A DNA stretch of 63,642 nt, the filler included. It is 5 parts of 5 records of this genome, joined end to end, with 100 filler letters (N's around TTAATTAATTAA, not from the genome) between each part and the next. Parts side by side here need not be neighbours in the genome. Positions count along the whole stretch, not along the records: positions 19,496 to 50,146 come from SRR20825010_6717; 4 more parts are not named here. The stretch is one strand, 5' to 3'. Positions 20,487 through 30,894 of this stretch are shown one piece after another. The notes under the pieces were generated by a model. That model had not been told where the DNA came from and made no database searches. It saw only the letters and a list, made by a program, of their open reading frames with translations. The first letter of the stretch is position 1. Each line of letters starts with the position of its first letter. The translations under genes and the position numbers were made by a program.

Positions 20487-21893
20487 CTAAAATAGCCGAC
20501 CTGAAGCATAGTTAATTCCAGCGCTTGAAATATTGAATTTCGAGACCAGTGCAATTACTTTGAGCTGAGCGTCAATTAAGCTGGATTCACGGGAGTTGAC
20601 TAGAAAAAGTGAGCTTTCGCCTGTATCAAATTTAATCTTCTCACCTTCAAGCAAGCGACCGTAGTTAAGTACTGCGTCTTTATAAATCTCTACTTGTTCC
20701 CTTAAGGCAATATGCTCATTGAAATAGCTGAGTACCTTATTCTCTATTTCCAGTTGTTTTTGGCGTTGGCCAAACTGTGTTTGTTGAATTTTATAATTAG
20801 CCAATTGAAGGTTGCCACGCTCTTCTCTCAGGAAGATGGGCAAGCTGAACTCAAGACCCCATTTGTAGCTTTGGCTTGAGAGATTGTTAATGAAGTTGTC
20901 ACCTAGGGGTTCACTTAAGAAGTTATAGTTGAGGTTGAGCTTCGGTTTTATTTTCTCTGCTTTCAACTTTCTTTCAATCTCTAATGAAGACAATTTAAAA
21001 TCATAAAGCTGTAGATCAGGATGAACACCCGGTATAGCATCAACTATAGATTGAAGCGTATTGAAAGAAGTTATATTGCTCAGCTTAATCTCATCGAAAA
21101 GCGGAGGCCTAAGTTCCTCAGTAATCTCTAATGGTGTATTGTTTTCATACCACAAGTAGTTAGAGAGTTCTAGCGTAGCGTTTTGGTAGGCAAGCTTATA
21201 TTCGTTGCGGCCCAATTCTCTGTTTTGAATCTGTATTAGGGCTTCTAGCGTATCTATGGCTGGTTTGTCACCAAGTAGATAGCTGTTTTTTACGGCTTCA
21301 AAACGAGTGGTGGCTAAGTTGACAGATTCTTCAAAAACGTTATACTCATTATAGGCTTGCACCCATTTCCAATATTGCCTGATGGCATCAAAGTAAAGTT
21401 CATTCATCAGTACTTTTTGCTCAGCTATTGTAGAGGAGGCGAAAACTTTGGCTTTTTGTAGCTCGGCCCTGCGCTTATCAATGAATAAACCCTGACCTAG
21501 TGATATTGAAACACCGCCATACCAAAGCCCTCCATTGGGAACTTTATTTTCAGGGTTTAAGTAAACACCTCTGTTCTGTTCAAACCCAGTTTTAAATTCA
21601 ACGCCATACCAAGTTGGGATTTTTAATCCACTGTTCAGAATGCTGTAATACTCCTTTTCGTCAAACTGTTTTTGATCTAAGTTGGCGAATAACTTTGGGT
21701 CAAATCTGCCACGAGCAGCTCGAATAGAACTTTCTCCTTGGTCGATCAACAGCCTGCCTTGCTGTGCAATTGGGTGATAGTTTTCTATATACCAAAGAAG
21801 CTGATCTTGGGTGAATACTTTATTTCCCTCTTGCCCAAAGGCGAAATTATAACAGACTGAGAGTAATAAGATGGTTTTGGTCAATCTTCTCAT
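20487..21893 (-). CDS. TolC-family outer membrane efflux protein
   Basis: Signal peptide, YHP, PKLNLNYN and GESSLFLVNSRE; coupled to hlyD. Confidence 0.9.
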   Translation of the reverse strand: MRRLTKTILLLSVCYNFAFGQEGNKVFTQDQLLWYIENYHPIAQQGRLLIDQGESSIRAARGRFDPKLFANLDQKQFDEKEYYSILNSGLKIPTWYGVEFKTGFEQNRGVYLNPENKVPNGGLWYGGVSISLGQGLFIDKRRAELQKAKVFASSTIAEQKVLMNELYFDAIRQYWKWVQAYNEYNVFEESVNLATTRFEAVKNSYLLGDKPAIDTLEALIQIQNRELGRNEYKLAYQNATLELSNYLWYENNTPLEITEELRPPLFDEIKLSNITSFNTLQSIVDAIPGVHPDLQLYDFKLSSLEIERKLKAEKIKPKLNLNYNFLSEPLGDNFINNLSSQSYKWGLEFSLPIFLREERGNLQLANYKIQQTQFGQRQKQLEIENKVLSYFNEHIALREQVEIYKDAVLNYGRLLEGEKIKFDTGESSLFLVNSRESSLIDAQLKVIALVSKFNISSAGINYASGRLF

Positions 21894-23248
21894 TACTTCT
21901 TTTTTTGGCTTTTGTCCGAGCTGTTTTCTGCAACATAATAGTCTGCTGGAAAGCCATTGAGTTTTCTCCAGATCTCATACCATATCGGTACATCCTTTAG
22001 CAAGGCCATTCCATTGGCACCAGAACCTACGCGTAAACCTTCTGGCCAAGCCTCATCATTATCATCTGGGGCGACCAAAACTCTATACTGTCCGTTCGGA
22101 CTGGCGAAGTTGTCTATGGCCACGACTTCACCTCCGAATGTTCCATATGACAGGTTGGGCCAACCAGAAAAGGCAATAGACGGCCATCCATCGAATATAA
22201 AACGGATGGGTTGACCTTCTCGAATTAGAGGCAAGTCCATAGGTTTTATATAAAGAGAAACCGCCAAATCATATTCAGAGGGCATAATGGTCAGCAGTTG
22301 TTCTCCTTCCTTTAAAGTCTCTCCAATTCCTGATTTAATCGTCTCAGTAATGTATCCGTTTTGTGGAGCGGTAATGTAATGCATACTCATTCTCACAGAA
22401 TAATTCTTATACTGATTCTCCATTTTTGACACTGTTGCTTCTGTATCAAACTTGTTAGACATTGCAGTGTATTTATCCGATTCTGTTTTCGACAGCTTGT
22501 CTCTGTATTGGTTTTCAATAGAGTTTACCTCTACTTTGGCATTAATGAGTTCATTCCTACTGCTGAGTAATTTGTTTTCGGCACTAACCTTCTTGGCTTG
22601 GGTTTCTTGAAGCTTTAATCGAGTGCTTTCCAAATCCGTCAGCGATTTTAAACCGCTTTTATGAAGTTGCTCCATCCTCTCCAATTGGTTTTCGGCAATT
22701 GAATTGTTTGTTTTGGACGCTTGGAAATCAATGCTGTCCGATTGAATCTTGAGTTCTATCTGACGAATATAATTCTCGGCTTGCTCTAGCTTGAGTTCCT
22801 TGGTTTTTAGTAAGGCCTCAATTTGGTTCTCTAAAGCATTTATTTTTCCTGAATAAGAATCTAAGCTTGAAGATTTAGACGTGATTTGATCTTGCGTTCT
22901 AGATAGAAGTTCAGGATCGAAATAATCGTCTTTCACTTCGGATATATAGAGAAGTGTGTCTCCCTTATTCACATAATTGCCCTCTCTTATATACCACTTT
23001 TCTATTCGGCCACTGATAATAGAGTTCACGTTTTGCGGCCTCTGATCGGGCTGCAAAGTAGTGACCACACCTGTCGATCTAATGTTCTGTGTCCAAGGTA
23101 AAAACAAGGCAAGAATAAAAAGGATGAAGAATATAATGATAAGGCGAGTAAAGGTTTTACCAGCATTATAATCCTTTACCATGGCAAACGATCGGAATTT
23201 TGACGTATCAACCTTCCCCTCAATTTTGTTAGGGCTTATGTTTAGCAT
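21893..23248 (-). CDS. HlyD-family membrane fusion protein
   Basis: LPWTQNIRSTG, lipoyl halves (EGNYVNKGD, ITAPQNG), coiled coil, and FDGWPSIAFSGWP. Confidence 0.92.
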   Translation of the reverse strand: MLNISPNKIEGKVDTSKFRSFAMVKDYNAGKTFTRLIIIFFILFILALFLPWTQNIRSTGVVTTLQPDQRPQNVNSIISGRIEKWYIREGNYVNKGDTLLYISEVKDDYFDPELLSRTQDQITSKSSSLDSYSGKINALENQIEALLKTKELKLEQAENYIRQIELKIQSDSIDFQASKTNNSIAENQLERMEQLHKSGLKSLTDLESTRLKLQETQAKKVSAENKLLSSRNELINAKVEVNSIENQYRDKLSKTESDKYTAMSNKFDTEATVSKMENQYKNYSVRMSMHYITAPQNGYITETIKSGIGETLKEGEQLLTIMPSEYDLAVSLYIKPMDLPLIREGQPIRFIFDGWPSIAFSGWPNLSYGTFGGEVVAIDNFASPNGQYRVLVAPDDNDEAWPEGLRVGSGANGMALLKDVPIWYEIWRKLNGFPADYYVAENSSDKSQKKK

Positions 23249-23255
23249 GCTATTG

Positions 23256-24977
23256 TTATTTTTTTGAAAAAACGTTTGAATACCATGGGTAAGTGGTCAT
23301 TGAGGCCACGGTACCTTTGGCAATTATTTCTCCCTTTTCCATAACAATGGTGCGGTCGAATTTATCTGCCACAAACGGGTCGTTGGAAACCGCTATTACG
23401 GTCCAATTCTGAGTGATCAGATAGTCTAAGAATGAGTCTTTATCCTTTTCATTCAATTGATTAAAATCGTCTTCTAAGAGAATCATTTTGAAATTTCCAG
23501 CAATACTTCTGGCCAACATTATCCTTAAAATAATGCTTTGTGGTAGGTTGCGTCCTTCGGGTAATAAGGTCGTGTAATAGCCCTGAGGTATCGCATCTAC
23601 AAAGTCCTTAAGGCCAACTATTTCTGCTACTTGTTGTACTCGGCTCATTGTGATTTCAGGTTTTCCTAAAGAGATGTTCTCGAAAAGGGTTGCGTTGAAA
23701 ATATCACCACGCGTAAGGTTGTCGCCAATAAGCTTATGGAAGTCGGCTTTACACCAATTTGTCAATGGAACTCCTTGGCAGGAAATGGAGCCACTGTATT
23801 CATCGTATAAACCAGAAACAACATGGAGAAGCAGCGATTTACCAGAACCATTAAAGCCTGATAAGCATATTTTTTCTCCTGATTCAATACTCAGGTTTAC
23901 ATTTCTGATGGTATCTTCTTTTAAATAACTGAACCGGTAACCTAAATTGGTGATGTTAATGGATAGGCCCAACTCATCTGATGTATCACCTGGAGTACCG
24001 CTGTCGCTGTCGAGAGGAATGTCTGTTACATTCCCGATTTTTTCAATCGAAGTAAGAACATCATAAATGGTTTCCATACTCAGAATGAGCTTTTCAACAG
24101 AGGTTAATACAAGAATGATAATGATTTCAGCTGCTACGAATTGGCCAATGTTCATTTGCTGATTAATGACGAGAAGGCCACCAATGAGGAGTAAACCAGC
24201 CGTTACCAATACCTTAAAGCCCACTAGGTTAATGTATTGCGTAAGCAAGGTTTTGAAATGGGCTTTTCTTGAGGTCAAGTAGCCTTCTACTACATCGTCC
24301 GTTTTTGATAAGGGTAATGGAGATTGTCCAGCCAGCTTAAAGGTTTCCATGGCACGGGCCAACTCTTCGAGCCAATGCGCCACCATGTATTTGTTCTTAG
24401 ATTCTATAATGCTCGTTTTTAATCCTTTTGGCGCTGTGAATCGAAATATCAAATAAACGACCACCACCAAAAGCAATCCGAACATTATAAAGAATGGGTG
24501 GTAAAGTGAGAGCAGAATTAAGCCAAAAACTACTTGCAGCGTTGCGCTTGAAAAGTCAATCAGAATTTTTGATAAGCCCTTTTGAACTGATAAAGTGTCA
24601 AAAAATCGGTTTGCTAGTTCTGGGATATAAGCGTTTTTTATCGACTCCATTTTCATTCTTGGAATGCGGTAGGCAAACTCAAAAGCGGAGCGTGTGAATA
24701 TTTTTTGCTGGATATTCTCCGTAATGGTGAGCTGCATGATTTGCATTACGCCTGAGGCTATAACTCCAACAATAACGAAAGTGACAAGAATAAACCATGA
24801 AGTAGAGACCTGACCTCCGCTGATCAGGTTGATGATGGCTTGGATCCCTAGCGGTAGAGAAAGCGTGATAATTCCATTGAACAGTGCATATACATATACA
24901 CTCATGATTTCACGCTTATCTACTTTAAGCATGTTCAAGAACCGTTTTACTGGAGAAATACTTATTGCTGGATTCAT
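23256..24977 (-). CDS. T1SS-like ABC transporter (TMD plus degenerate NBD)
   Basis: Six-TM domain with GQFVAAEI and Walker A GFNGSGKS; signature motif and H-loop diverged. Confidence 0.88.
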   Translation of the reverse strand: MNPAISISPVKRFLNMLKVDKREIMSVYVYALFNGIITLSLPLGIQAIINLISGGQVSTSWFILVTFVIVGVIASGVMQIMQLTITENIQQKIFTRSAFEFAYRIPRMKMESIKNAYIPELANRFFDTLSVQKGLSKILIDFSSATLQVVFGLILLSLYHPFFIMFGLLLVVVVYLIFRFTAPKGLKTSIIESKNKYMVAHWLEELARAMETFKLAGQSPLPLSKTDDVVEGYLTSRKAHFKTLLTQYINLVGFKVLVTAGLLLIGGLLVINQQMNIGQFVAAEIIIILVLTSVEKLILSMETIYDVLTSIEKIGNVTDIPLDSDSGTPGDTSDELGLSINITNLGYRFSYLKEDTIRNVNLSIESGEKICLSGFNGSGKSLLLHVVSGLYDEYSGSISCQGVPLTNWCKADFHKLIGDNLTRGDIFNATLFENISLGKPEITMSRVQQVAEIVGLKDFVDAIPQGYYTTLLPEGRNLPQSIILRIMLARSIAGNFKMILLEDDFNQLNEKDKDSFLDYLITQNWTVIAVSNDPFVADKFDRTIVMEKGEIIAKGTVASMTTYPWYSNVFSKK

Positions 24978-25663
24978 TATGGAGTATTTTGCTTAATGGT
25001 TGAAATGGCCATATCAGTATAGAATTGAGCGAGCACAACAGTGTTGTTTGAGATGTCTGTTAAGCTTGGTAGGTGGTCAGCAAAATATTTCTGATGATGA
25101 ATGCCTTCTATGATGGTTGATGTTAAGGTGTTGGCAAACTTGAAATCGGGATTAATGTCTTTAATGATTTCGCTGACTCTGGCCGTTAATCTTTTATAAC
25201 CAGCGTAAAAACCTTCCTTATTTGCGTCATCTACTAATTTGGTTAGGTAGGCTTTAGAAGATTCAGAGATCACGATTTTATTTAGTAAGCCAAGATTAAT
25301 ATGGCCAAACATTTCATTGTCAGGGATGTCTATTGAAACTACTTTAATCGCCACTTTAAGTCGCTCTTCGGCTGATGAGATGTTAGCCGTAGAAAAAACC
25401 AGATGATACTCTAGCCAGCCCCAATACCAAGAAATAAGGTATAAAAGGAGCTTGTGTTTGCTTTCGAAATACCTGTAAATAGAGCTTTCGGTGGTTTCTA
25501 GCCTCAAAGCTAACTTCCTGAAAGTGAAGCTTTCTAAGCCCATTTCATCAATTAACACAATGCTGTTGGCAATTATCTTTTTACCAAGCTCTGATGAATT
25601 TGGATCTTTTAAGAAGATCTTCTCATTTACTTGGATTTGCATTTGGCTGATTAGATTATTCAT
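24977..25663 (-). CDS. TetR/AcrR-family regulator
   Basis: GLESFTFRKLA..TTESSIYRYFESKHKLL helix-turn-helix. Confidence 0.9.
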   Translation of the reverse strand: MNNLISQMQIQVNEKIFLKDPNSSELGKKIIANSIVLIDEMGLESFTFRKLALRLETTESSIYRYFESKHKLLLYLISWYWGWLEYHLVFSTANISSAEERLKVAIKVVSIDIPDNEMFGHINLGLLNKIVISESSKAYLTKLVDDANKEGFYAGYKRLTARVSEIIKDINPDFKFANTLTSTIIEGIHHQKYFADHLPSLTDISNNTVVLAQFYTDMAISTIKQNTP

Positions 25664-25804
25664 ATCGCCAAAACCTAACGCTTACTTTTAGAAAAGGTTT
25701 AAATACTATTGAAATAAAAATTAAAATAAACTTATTCGGTAGTATTACTTTTAATATGAAGTATTTCTTAATTTAAAGACCTTTGAGTTTTCAGGATTAT
25801 GCAT

Positions 25805-25838
25805 AAAAAAAGCAGCCCAACCTTTCGGCTGAGCTGCT
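25805..25838 (-). terminator. Rho-independent terminator after the M1 peptidase
   Basis: AGCAGC/GCTGCT stem with an A run on + (U run on -). Confidence 0.65.
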
Positions 25839-25861
25839 CATTAATTTCTATTCTTAGTAAA

Positions 25862-27775
25862 CTACTTGTTTGTTGTCAGTGAGTTTACCTCCCACTTGTT
25901 GTTACCTCTTTCTACATCGGCCATTCTTCCAGAAGGGTCAATTTCAATTGAAGCAATGTCAGACATTGGTCTGTCAATTGAGAAATTATAAGTAGGGTTT
26001 ACCCAAGCCCAGTCAGGGTGTACAATTCTCTTGTCCTGAGTTTCGGCTGGCTTTTCGCCACGCATCATTCTCAAAGCCATATAGTGTACTTCTTTAGAGC
26101 CGTCTTTGTAAGTAACAACAACATCCATTGGCATTGGCATCATGCCTACTTTTTCTAAAGTAACGTTGGTTTTGTTGCCTTCTCCGCTTACTTCTTTCAC
26201 ACCATAATCAATTGATTTTGTAGTGTAAACGAAGTATTCGTTATACCAATCCAATTCTAATCCAGATACTTTTTCAAAAGATCTCAAAACGTCATTTGGA
26301 TTAGGGTGTTTGAATTTCCAGTCGTCAAAGTAGGCAAGCAAAGCTTTGTCTAAGTTTTCTTGGCCAATTACATAACCCATTTGGCTCATCCAAACGGCAC
26401 CTTTTCCGTAGGCAGAACTGCTATACGCACCATTCAAGTTGTAATGATCAGAGTGAGTGCTCAAAGGCTCTTCTCTTCCGCTTTTCGATAAACCTACGTA
26501 GCTTCTTTGACCTGAATTGTTTCCTAGGTTTTCCAATGTAACTGCTGGCTCAGGTTCGCCTTTAGTATTACGGTTGATGTAGTCCATAATTCTTGTAGAA
26601 GCATATGAAGCAAATCCTTCGTCCATCCAAGGATGAAGTGCTTCGTTGCTGCCTAAAATACCATGGTACCAATCGTGCATTGACTCGTGAACGGTTACGC
26701 CAATTAAGTTGCCTCTTGATCCTGTAATCAATGTAGACATTGGATATTCCATACCACCATCACCGCCTTGAATCACAGAGAATTGCTTGTAAGGATATTC
26801 ACCAAAGTGTTTACTAGCATATTCGAACAACATTTCTGTTTGAGGAATTACTTTCTCCCAGTTCTCATCGTTCTGTCCTTTTTTATGAATGAAGTGAAGT
26901 ACCATCCCATTCTTCATAGTAAGCTTTTGGAGCATGTATTCAGGGTCTGCGGCCCACATGAAATCATGTACATTTGGTGCCACAAAGTGCCAAGTAAGTT
27001 TACCGTCTTCTATTTTTTGATTTACAGTTTCTCCTTCGTTTTCATAGCCATGGCCAATTTCTAGCGGGTTCTGCAAGTAACCTGTTCCTCCAATTAAGTA
27101 ATCTTTGTCAATTTTGATTTTTACATCAAAACTACCCCAAACCCCGTAAAACTCGCGGCCAATGTATTCATCGGCATGCCAGCCTTGATAATCGTATTCT
27201 GCCATTTTAGGAAACCATTGCGCCATTGAGTAACGAACGCCTTCAGCGTTGTCACGACCAGTTCTTCTGATTTGAATAGGAACTTGTGCTTCAAATTCCA
27301 TATCAAAATCAACAGTACTACCCGGAGCAATCGGTTGGTCAAGTTGAACCTCTAAAACAGTCCCTACAACTTCATAATTTACGGCTTTGCCGTTTAATTT
27401 TAATGACTTAATCTTTTGGTATCCAATTTCGTCTTCTTTCAGATTAAATATTCTATCTCTTACTCTTCGGTCTGGATCAGCGATGGTTCTTGATCTCACA
27501 TCCATCATACTCCCCGGCTGAAAAGCGTTGAAGTATAAGTGATAAAACACCTTATCCAATGCGTCAGGTGAGTTGTTGGTGTATTTTACATTTTGGACTC
27601 CTTGATACCTGTTGGTATTAACGTCCATGTCAATCTCCATTTTGTACTCAATGGCTTGTTGCCATCGGTCATTGTCGGCTTTTGTTGCCTCAGCTCCTTT
27701 TCCTTGAGAACAGGCTTGTACACTAAGCACTAGCAAGGCCATGGAAAGGAAGTAACTCCCAAGTTTTTTTGTCAT
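25862..27775 (-). CDS. M1-family metallo-aminopeptidase lipoprotein
   Basis: Lipobox VQAC, GGMEY, HESMH, WMDEG and YGKG. Confidence 0.92.
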   Translation of the reverse strand: MTKKLGSYFLSMALLVLSVQACSQGKGAEATKADNDRWQQAIEYKMEIDMDVNTNRYQGVQNVKYTNNSPDALDKVFYHLYFNAFQPGSMMDVRSRTIADPDRRVRDRIFNLKEDEIGYQKIKSLKLNGKAVNYEVVGTVLEVQLDQPIAPGSTVDFDMEFEAQVPIQIRRTGRDNAEGVRYSMAQWFPKMAEYDYQGWHADEYIGREFYGVWGSFDVKIKIDKDYLIGGTGYLQNPLEIGHGYENEGETVNQKIEDGKLTWHFVAPNVHDFMWAADPEYMLQKLTMKNGMVLHFIHKKGQNDENWEKVIPQTEMLFEYASKHFGEYPYKQFSVIQGGDGGMEYPMSTLITGSRGNLIGVTVHESMHDWYHGILGSNEALHPWMDEGFASYASTRIMDYINRNTKGEPEPAVTLENLGNNSGQRSYVGLSKSGREEPLSTHSDHYNLNGAYSSSAYGKGAVWMSQMGYVIGQENLDKALLAYFDDWKFKHPNPNDVLRSFEKVSGLELDWYNEYFVYTTKSIDYGVKEVSGEGNKTNVTLEKVGMMPMPMDVVVTYKDGSKEVHYMALRMMRGEKPAETQDKRIVHPDWAWVNPTYNFSIDRPMSDIASIEIDPSGRMADVERGNNKWEVNSLTTNK

Positions 27776-27913
27776 CGTCTTTTAAGTTTAAAGATGTAAA
27801 GTATTAAACGCATGGCAGCAGTCCAAAATATTATTTTCGAATGGTAGCGATTTATGTTTTAGGTGCAGTTATCGGGTGTTGAAGTTTCTGCTTTAGAGGG
27901 TGTTTAAGGAAAC

Positions 27914-29998
27914 TTAATTCAATTTATAGCGCACTTGTAGTTTTACTTCCGTACGCTTGTTTCCCGTAATCGTTTCTAAGCCTGATCCAATTTCTTCACG
28001 GTCATAATAGGTTGTTTTGGCTATTCTCGCCCAAAGATCCATTTTACGAAAAGCTCTATACTGTATTAATAGGTAGTTTCGAATTCCTTTACCGCTGTAT
28101 GCTGGAATGGAAAAGGCATAGAGTACATCACGCTCATAAGCATATTGTTTGTTTTGACTTCCTTCTGTATCGAACAATGCCATTCGTCCGCTCAAGGTCC
28201 AATCACCATTTTTATAAACGGCATCTTGAATAAAAGCATAACCCTTGGTTTTGTTAGTTAGCAACTTATACTCGCTGAATTGGACTCTTGACTTAAAACT
28301 AAATCGAATGCCAGAAGCATACTCCCAGTTGATGAGATATTGATCTTTATGGCCTGGTACAACAATATTATTGTTTGAGGTTTCGATGCTGATATTGGTG
28401 TCTTTTAGCTCTCGTCTAAACTGGCCGTATAACTTTATTCGGCTCCCTGGATTGTAATTTAGCCTGAATAAATAATCATGCCCGTTGGAAGGTGTATCAA
28501 CTCCAAACCTTAACCATGGGAAGTGATAAGTGTCATAATAAGCAGTAATATAGAATTTTCGATTCAAGGTGTATTTGATTCCCCAGTAAATACCTTTTTC
28601 ATTAATGTTACGGCTTCCTTCAGCAAAAGAAGATCCTCGAAAAGTATGGAAATTTTTTTGATAAGAGCGAAGGACCATAGCGAATTCCACCCGGGGAGTT
28701 AGGCTGGTGGTGAAACCTCCAACAGCTCCCGATCCGCCACTTTTGGAAATAGCACTTTCTCCAAAAAGTAAGAAATGCTGCCATTGATATTTTCCATACA
28801 TACTCATGTTGAAATTGGATTGGCCTTTAAACTCAAACTGATTGTAAGGTTGATCGCTCCGAAGAATAGGGACGGAGAAATGATTAGTATTAACTGTAAA
28901 GCCTGCTTCGACTCGGTCATTTGGTCTAAAGTTCAGGTTCATTCCGATAATAGTTTCTGCTACCTGCTTCTTGTTGGTCAGTTCCGTAGGCGTCCGGTGC
29001 ATTCCTGTCAGCTGCAAAGCCGAAATGTATTCTTCATACTTGTCTGTATTTCCGCCACTTTGAATATTGGCATCTTGATTTAAATGGGAAATAAATGTAG
29101 TGGCAGTGAGCTTCTTGTGCAATGAATAACTTGCTGCGGCACCTCTTAAAAAGCCACCTTCTAATACTGAAGTATAAGGCTTAACCCCTAAGGTTACTCT
29201 ATTGGCTGTGTTCACCGTTTCGGAACCTTTACCTACACCAAAACCAGCCCCAAAGAGTAGTCCTTGACCAAACTGTAACTGATAGTCTCCAATAATAAGC
29301 TTTTTCCATTTACCTTGGTTTTCGAGCATGAAATGAGCTGACCAAAAATCTGTAAAATAGGTTTTGCCTTTAGGGTTCCACCGAAACTGTTCGCCAGCGT
29401 CTTTCTCAGTGGTAAAGCCAATACTGAAGTCGTTTGGTTTTGATACCCTATACCTAAGGTAGAACTTGTCTGCCGAGCCAGCATAGCGCGAATCGTCTGG
29501 TGAATCCTTTGGGCTGTTGCCTCGTTTTTCATTCAAGATTCGTTCATAGCGAGAAATGAGGTAATTGTTTCGCTCTTCTAAAATGCGTTGAAGTAATGGT
29601 CGCTCGTCAATCAATGCATCTTTCGAATCAACAATGACAAAAGGCTTCAAGCGTTCAATGGTAGCGTAATCAAAACCTTCGATTACTTGAAGTTCATAGA
29701 GCGTAATTAACTTTCCTTTTTGCTCAATGTAGTTTTGTAAGTTTTGAATCTGTATACTAGAAAGAATATATAAACTTTGAAGCGCATATGTGTTGGCGCT
29801 ATTGAGGTTAAGCGGGTTTTGATATAGCGTAAAAAGAGACTCATAGAGGTCTTCATAATTGATGTCTTCGTCTTGGAGATTGAAGAGCTCTTCAATAAAT
29901 GATTCTAGATCAAACCGTTCTTCTTTTTGTGCTAGTGCCTTTCCTTCACAGAGAATTAATGCTGTAATCGTCACTATGAGTAACCGCGTACATTTCAT
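27914..29998 (-). CDS. Helix-hairpin-helix (ComEA-like) domain plus large C-terminal beta-barrel protein
   Basis: Signal peptide, PLNLNSA...LQSLYILS...YELQVIEGFD HhH repeats, EKDAGE, GDYQLQFGQGL and terminal KLQVRYKLN. Confidence 0.8.
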   Translation of the reverse strand: MKCTRLLIVTITALILCEGKALAQKEERFDLESFIEELFNLQDEDINYEDLYESLFTLYQNPLNLNSANTYALQSLYILSSIQIQNLQNYIEQKGKLITLYELQVIEGFDYATIERLKPFVIVDSKDALIDERPLLQRILEERNNYLISRYERILNEKRGNSPKDSPDDSRYAGSADKFYLRYRVSKPNDFSIGFTTEKDAGEQFRWNPKGKTYFTDFWSAHFMLENQGKWKKLIIGDYQLQFGQGLLFGAGFGVGKGSETVNTANRVTLGVKPYTSVLEGGFLRGAAASYSLHKKLTATTFISHLNQDANIQSGGNTDKYEEYISALQLTGMHRTPTELTNKKQVAETIIGMNLNFRPNDRVEAGFTVNTNHFSVPILRSDQPYNQFEFKGQSNFNMSMYGKYQWQHFLLFGESAISKSGGSGAVGGFTTSLTPRVEFAMVLRSYQKNFHTFRGSSFAEGSRNINEKGIYWGIKYTLNRKFYITAYYDTYHFPWLRFGVDTPSNGHDYLFRLNYNPGSRIKLYGQFRRELKDTNISIETSNNNIVVPGHKDQYLINWEYASGIRFSFKSRVQFSEYKLLTNKTKGYAFIQDAVYKNGDWTLSGRMALFDTEGSQNKQYAYERDVLYAFSIPAYSGKGIRNYLLIQYRAFRKMDLWARIAKTTYYDREEIGSGLETITGNKRTEVKLQVRYKLN

Positions 29999-30813
29999 TA
30001 CTCATTGATTTGGAAGGTTAAACCGAAGTTGTGAGTGTGTCCTAATTTTCTGTCAATTCGAATTCCATAATCCAAACCGAAGCGGTTAAGCTGCAAACCT
30101 CCGCCAAAAGAATGAGTGTTGGTTAAGGTGGAAAAACCAGTTCTGGCTTTTATTTTTTCTATTACTTGATATTCCAAGCCAAACTTTAAGTCTGGCTCAA
30201 GGTCAATGTCTTTTTCGCCTTCAATTACTAAAACGATATCTTTTGTAGGGTTATAAGCCATTCCTAAGCTTATTACTGTGGGTACTTTTTCTTTGTTATC
30301 GGCTGAAATAGAAGACTGTGTAAAGTTATAGATGTGTGCTCCAAATCTAAGTTGGGGAGTGAGGTTTGCCACTACACCAATGTCGGAAAGCAGAGTGCCC
30401 CTGCTTCCAAAACCTTCTACACTGTATTGTAGATAGTTTAATTTAAGTCCCAGTCTAATAATTCCGGTTTTTCGGGCAAAGGAAAGGCTTGCCATTTGGC
30501 TATTGAAAATATCATCACCAAACCTAAAAGCTGAGAAACCAATACTGCCTATACCTGTAGGTAATGCGATTCCAGCCGAGACGGTATTAAAAGGAGCAAA
30601 GTCGAAAATGGTTTTGTAGGCAAAAAGGGTGGTCAGTTGTTCTGTGTCCGTTAGGCCGGCTGGATTATTGAATATTGACCAGCTATCATGAAACACTGAA
30701 GATACGCCACCCATACCAAGCGCTCGTGGTCCAATGGGTGCTCGACTGGCCTGCTGTGCGGAAGCATTGAGCGAAAGATAGAATATGAATAAAACTGCAT
30801 AAATAATTTTCAC
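29998..30813 (-). CDS. Outer-membrane beta-barrel, PorV/PorQ/FadL-like
   Basis: GPRALGMGG and FNNPAGL N-terminal motifs, beta strands; TAATG overlap with the HhH gene. Confidence 0.72.
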   Translation of the reverse strand: MKIIYAVLFIFYLSLNASAQQASRAPIGPRALGMGGVSSVFHDSWSIFNNPAGLTDTEQLTTLFAYKTIFDFAPFNTVSAGIALPTGIGSIGFSAFRFGDDIFNSQMASLSFARKTGIIRLGLKLNYLQYSVEGFGSRGTLLSDIGVVANLTPQLRFGAHIYNFTQSSISADNKEKVPTVISLGMAYNPTKDIVLVIEGEKDIDLEPDLKFGLEYQVIEKIKARTGFSTLTNTHSFGGGLQLNRFGLDYGIRIDRKLGHTHNFGLTFQINE

Positions 30814-30894
30814 AAATTAAAAATACAATATTATTAATTAATCCTAAAATGTTTTTATGCTATTTAAAACAGTCTAACAGTGTACTTAATACTC

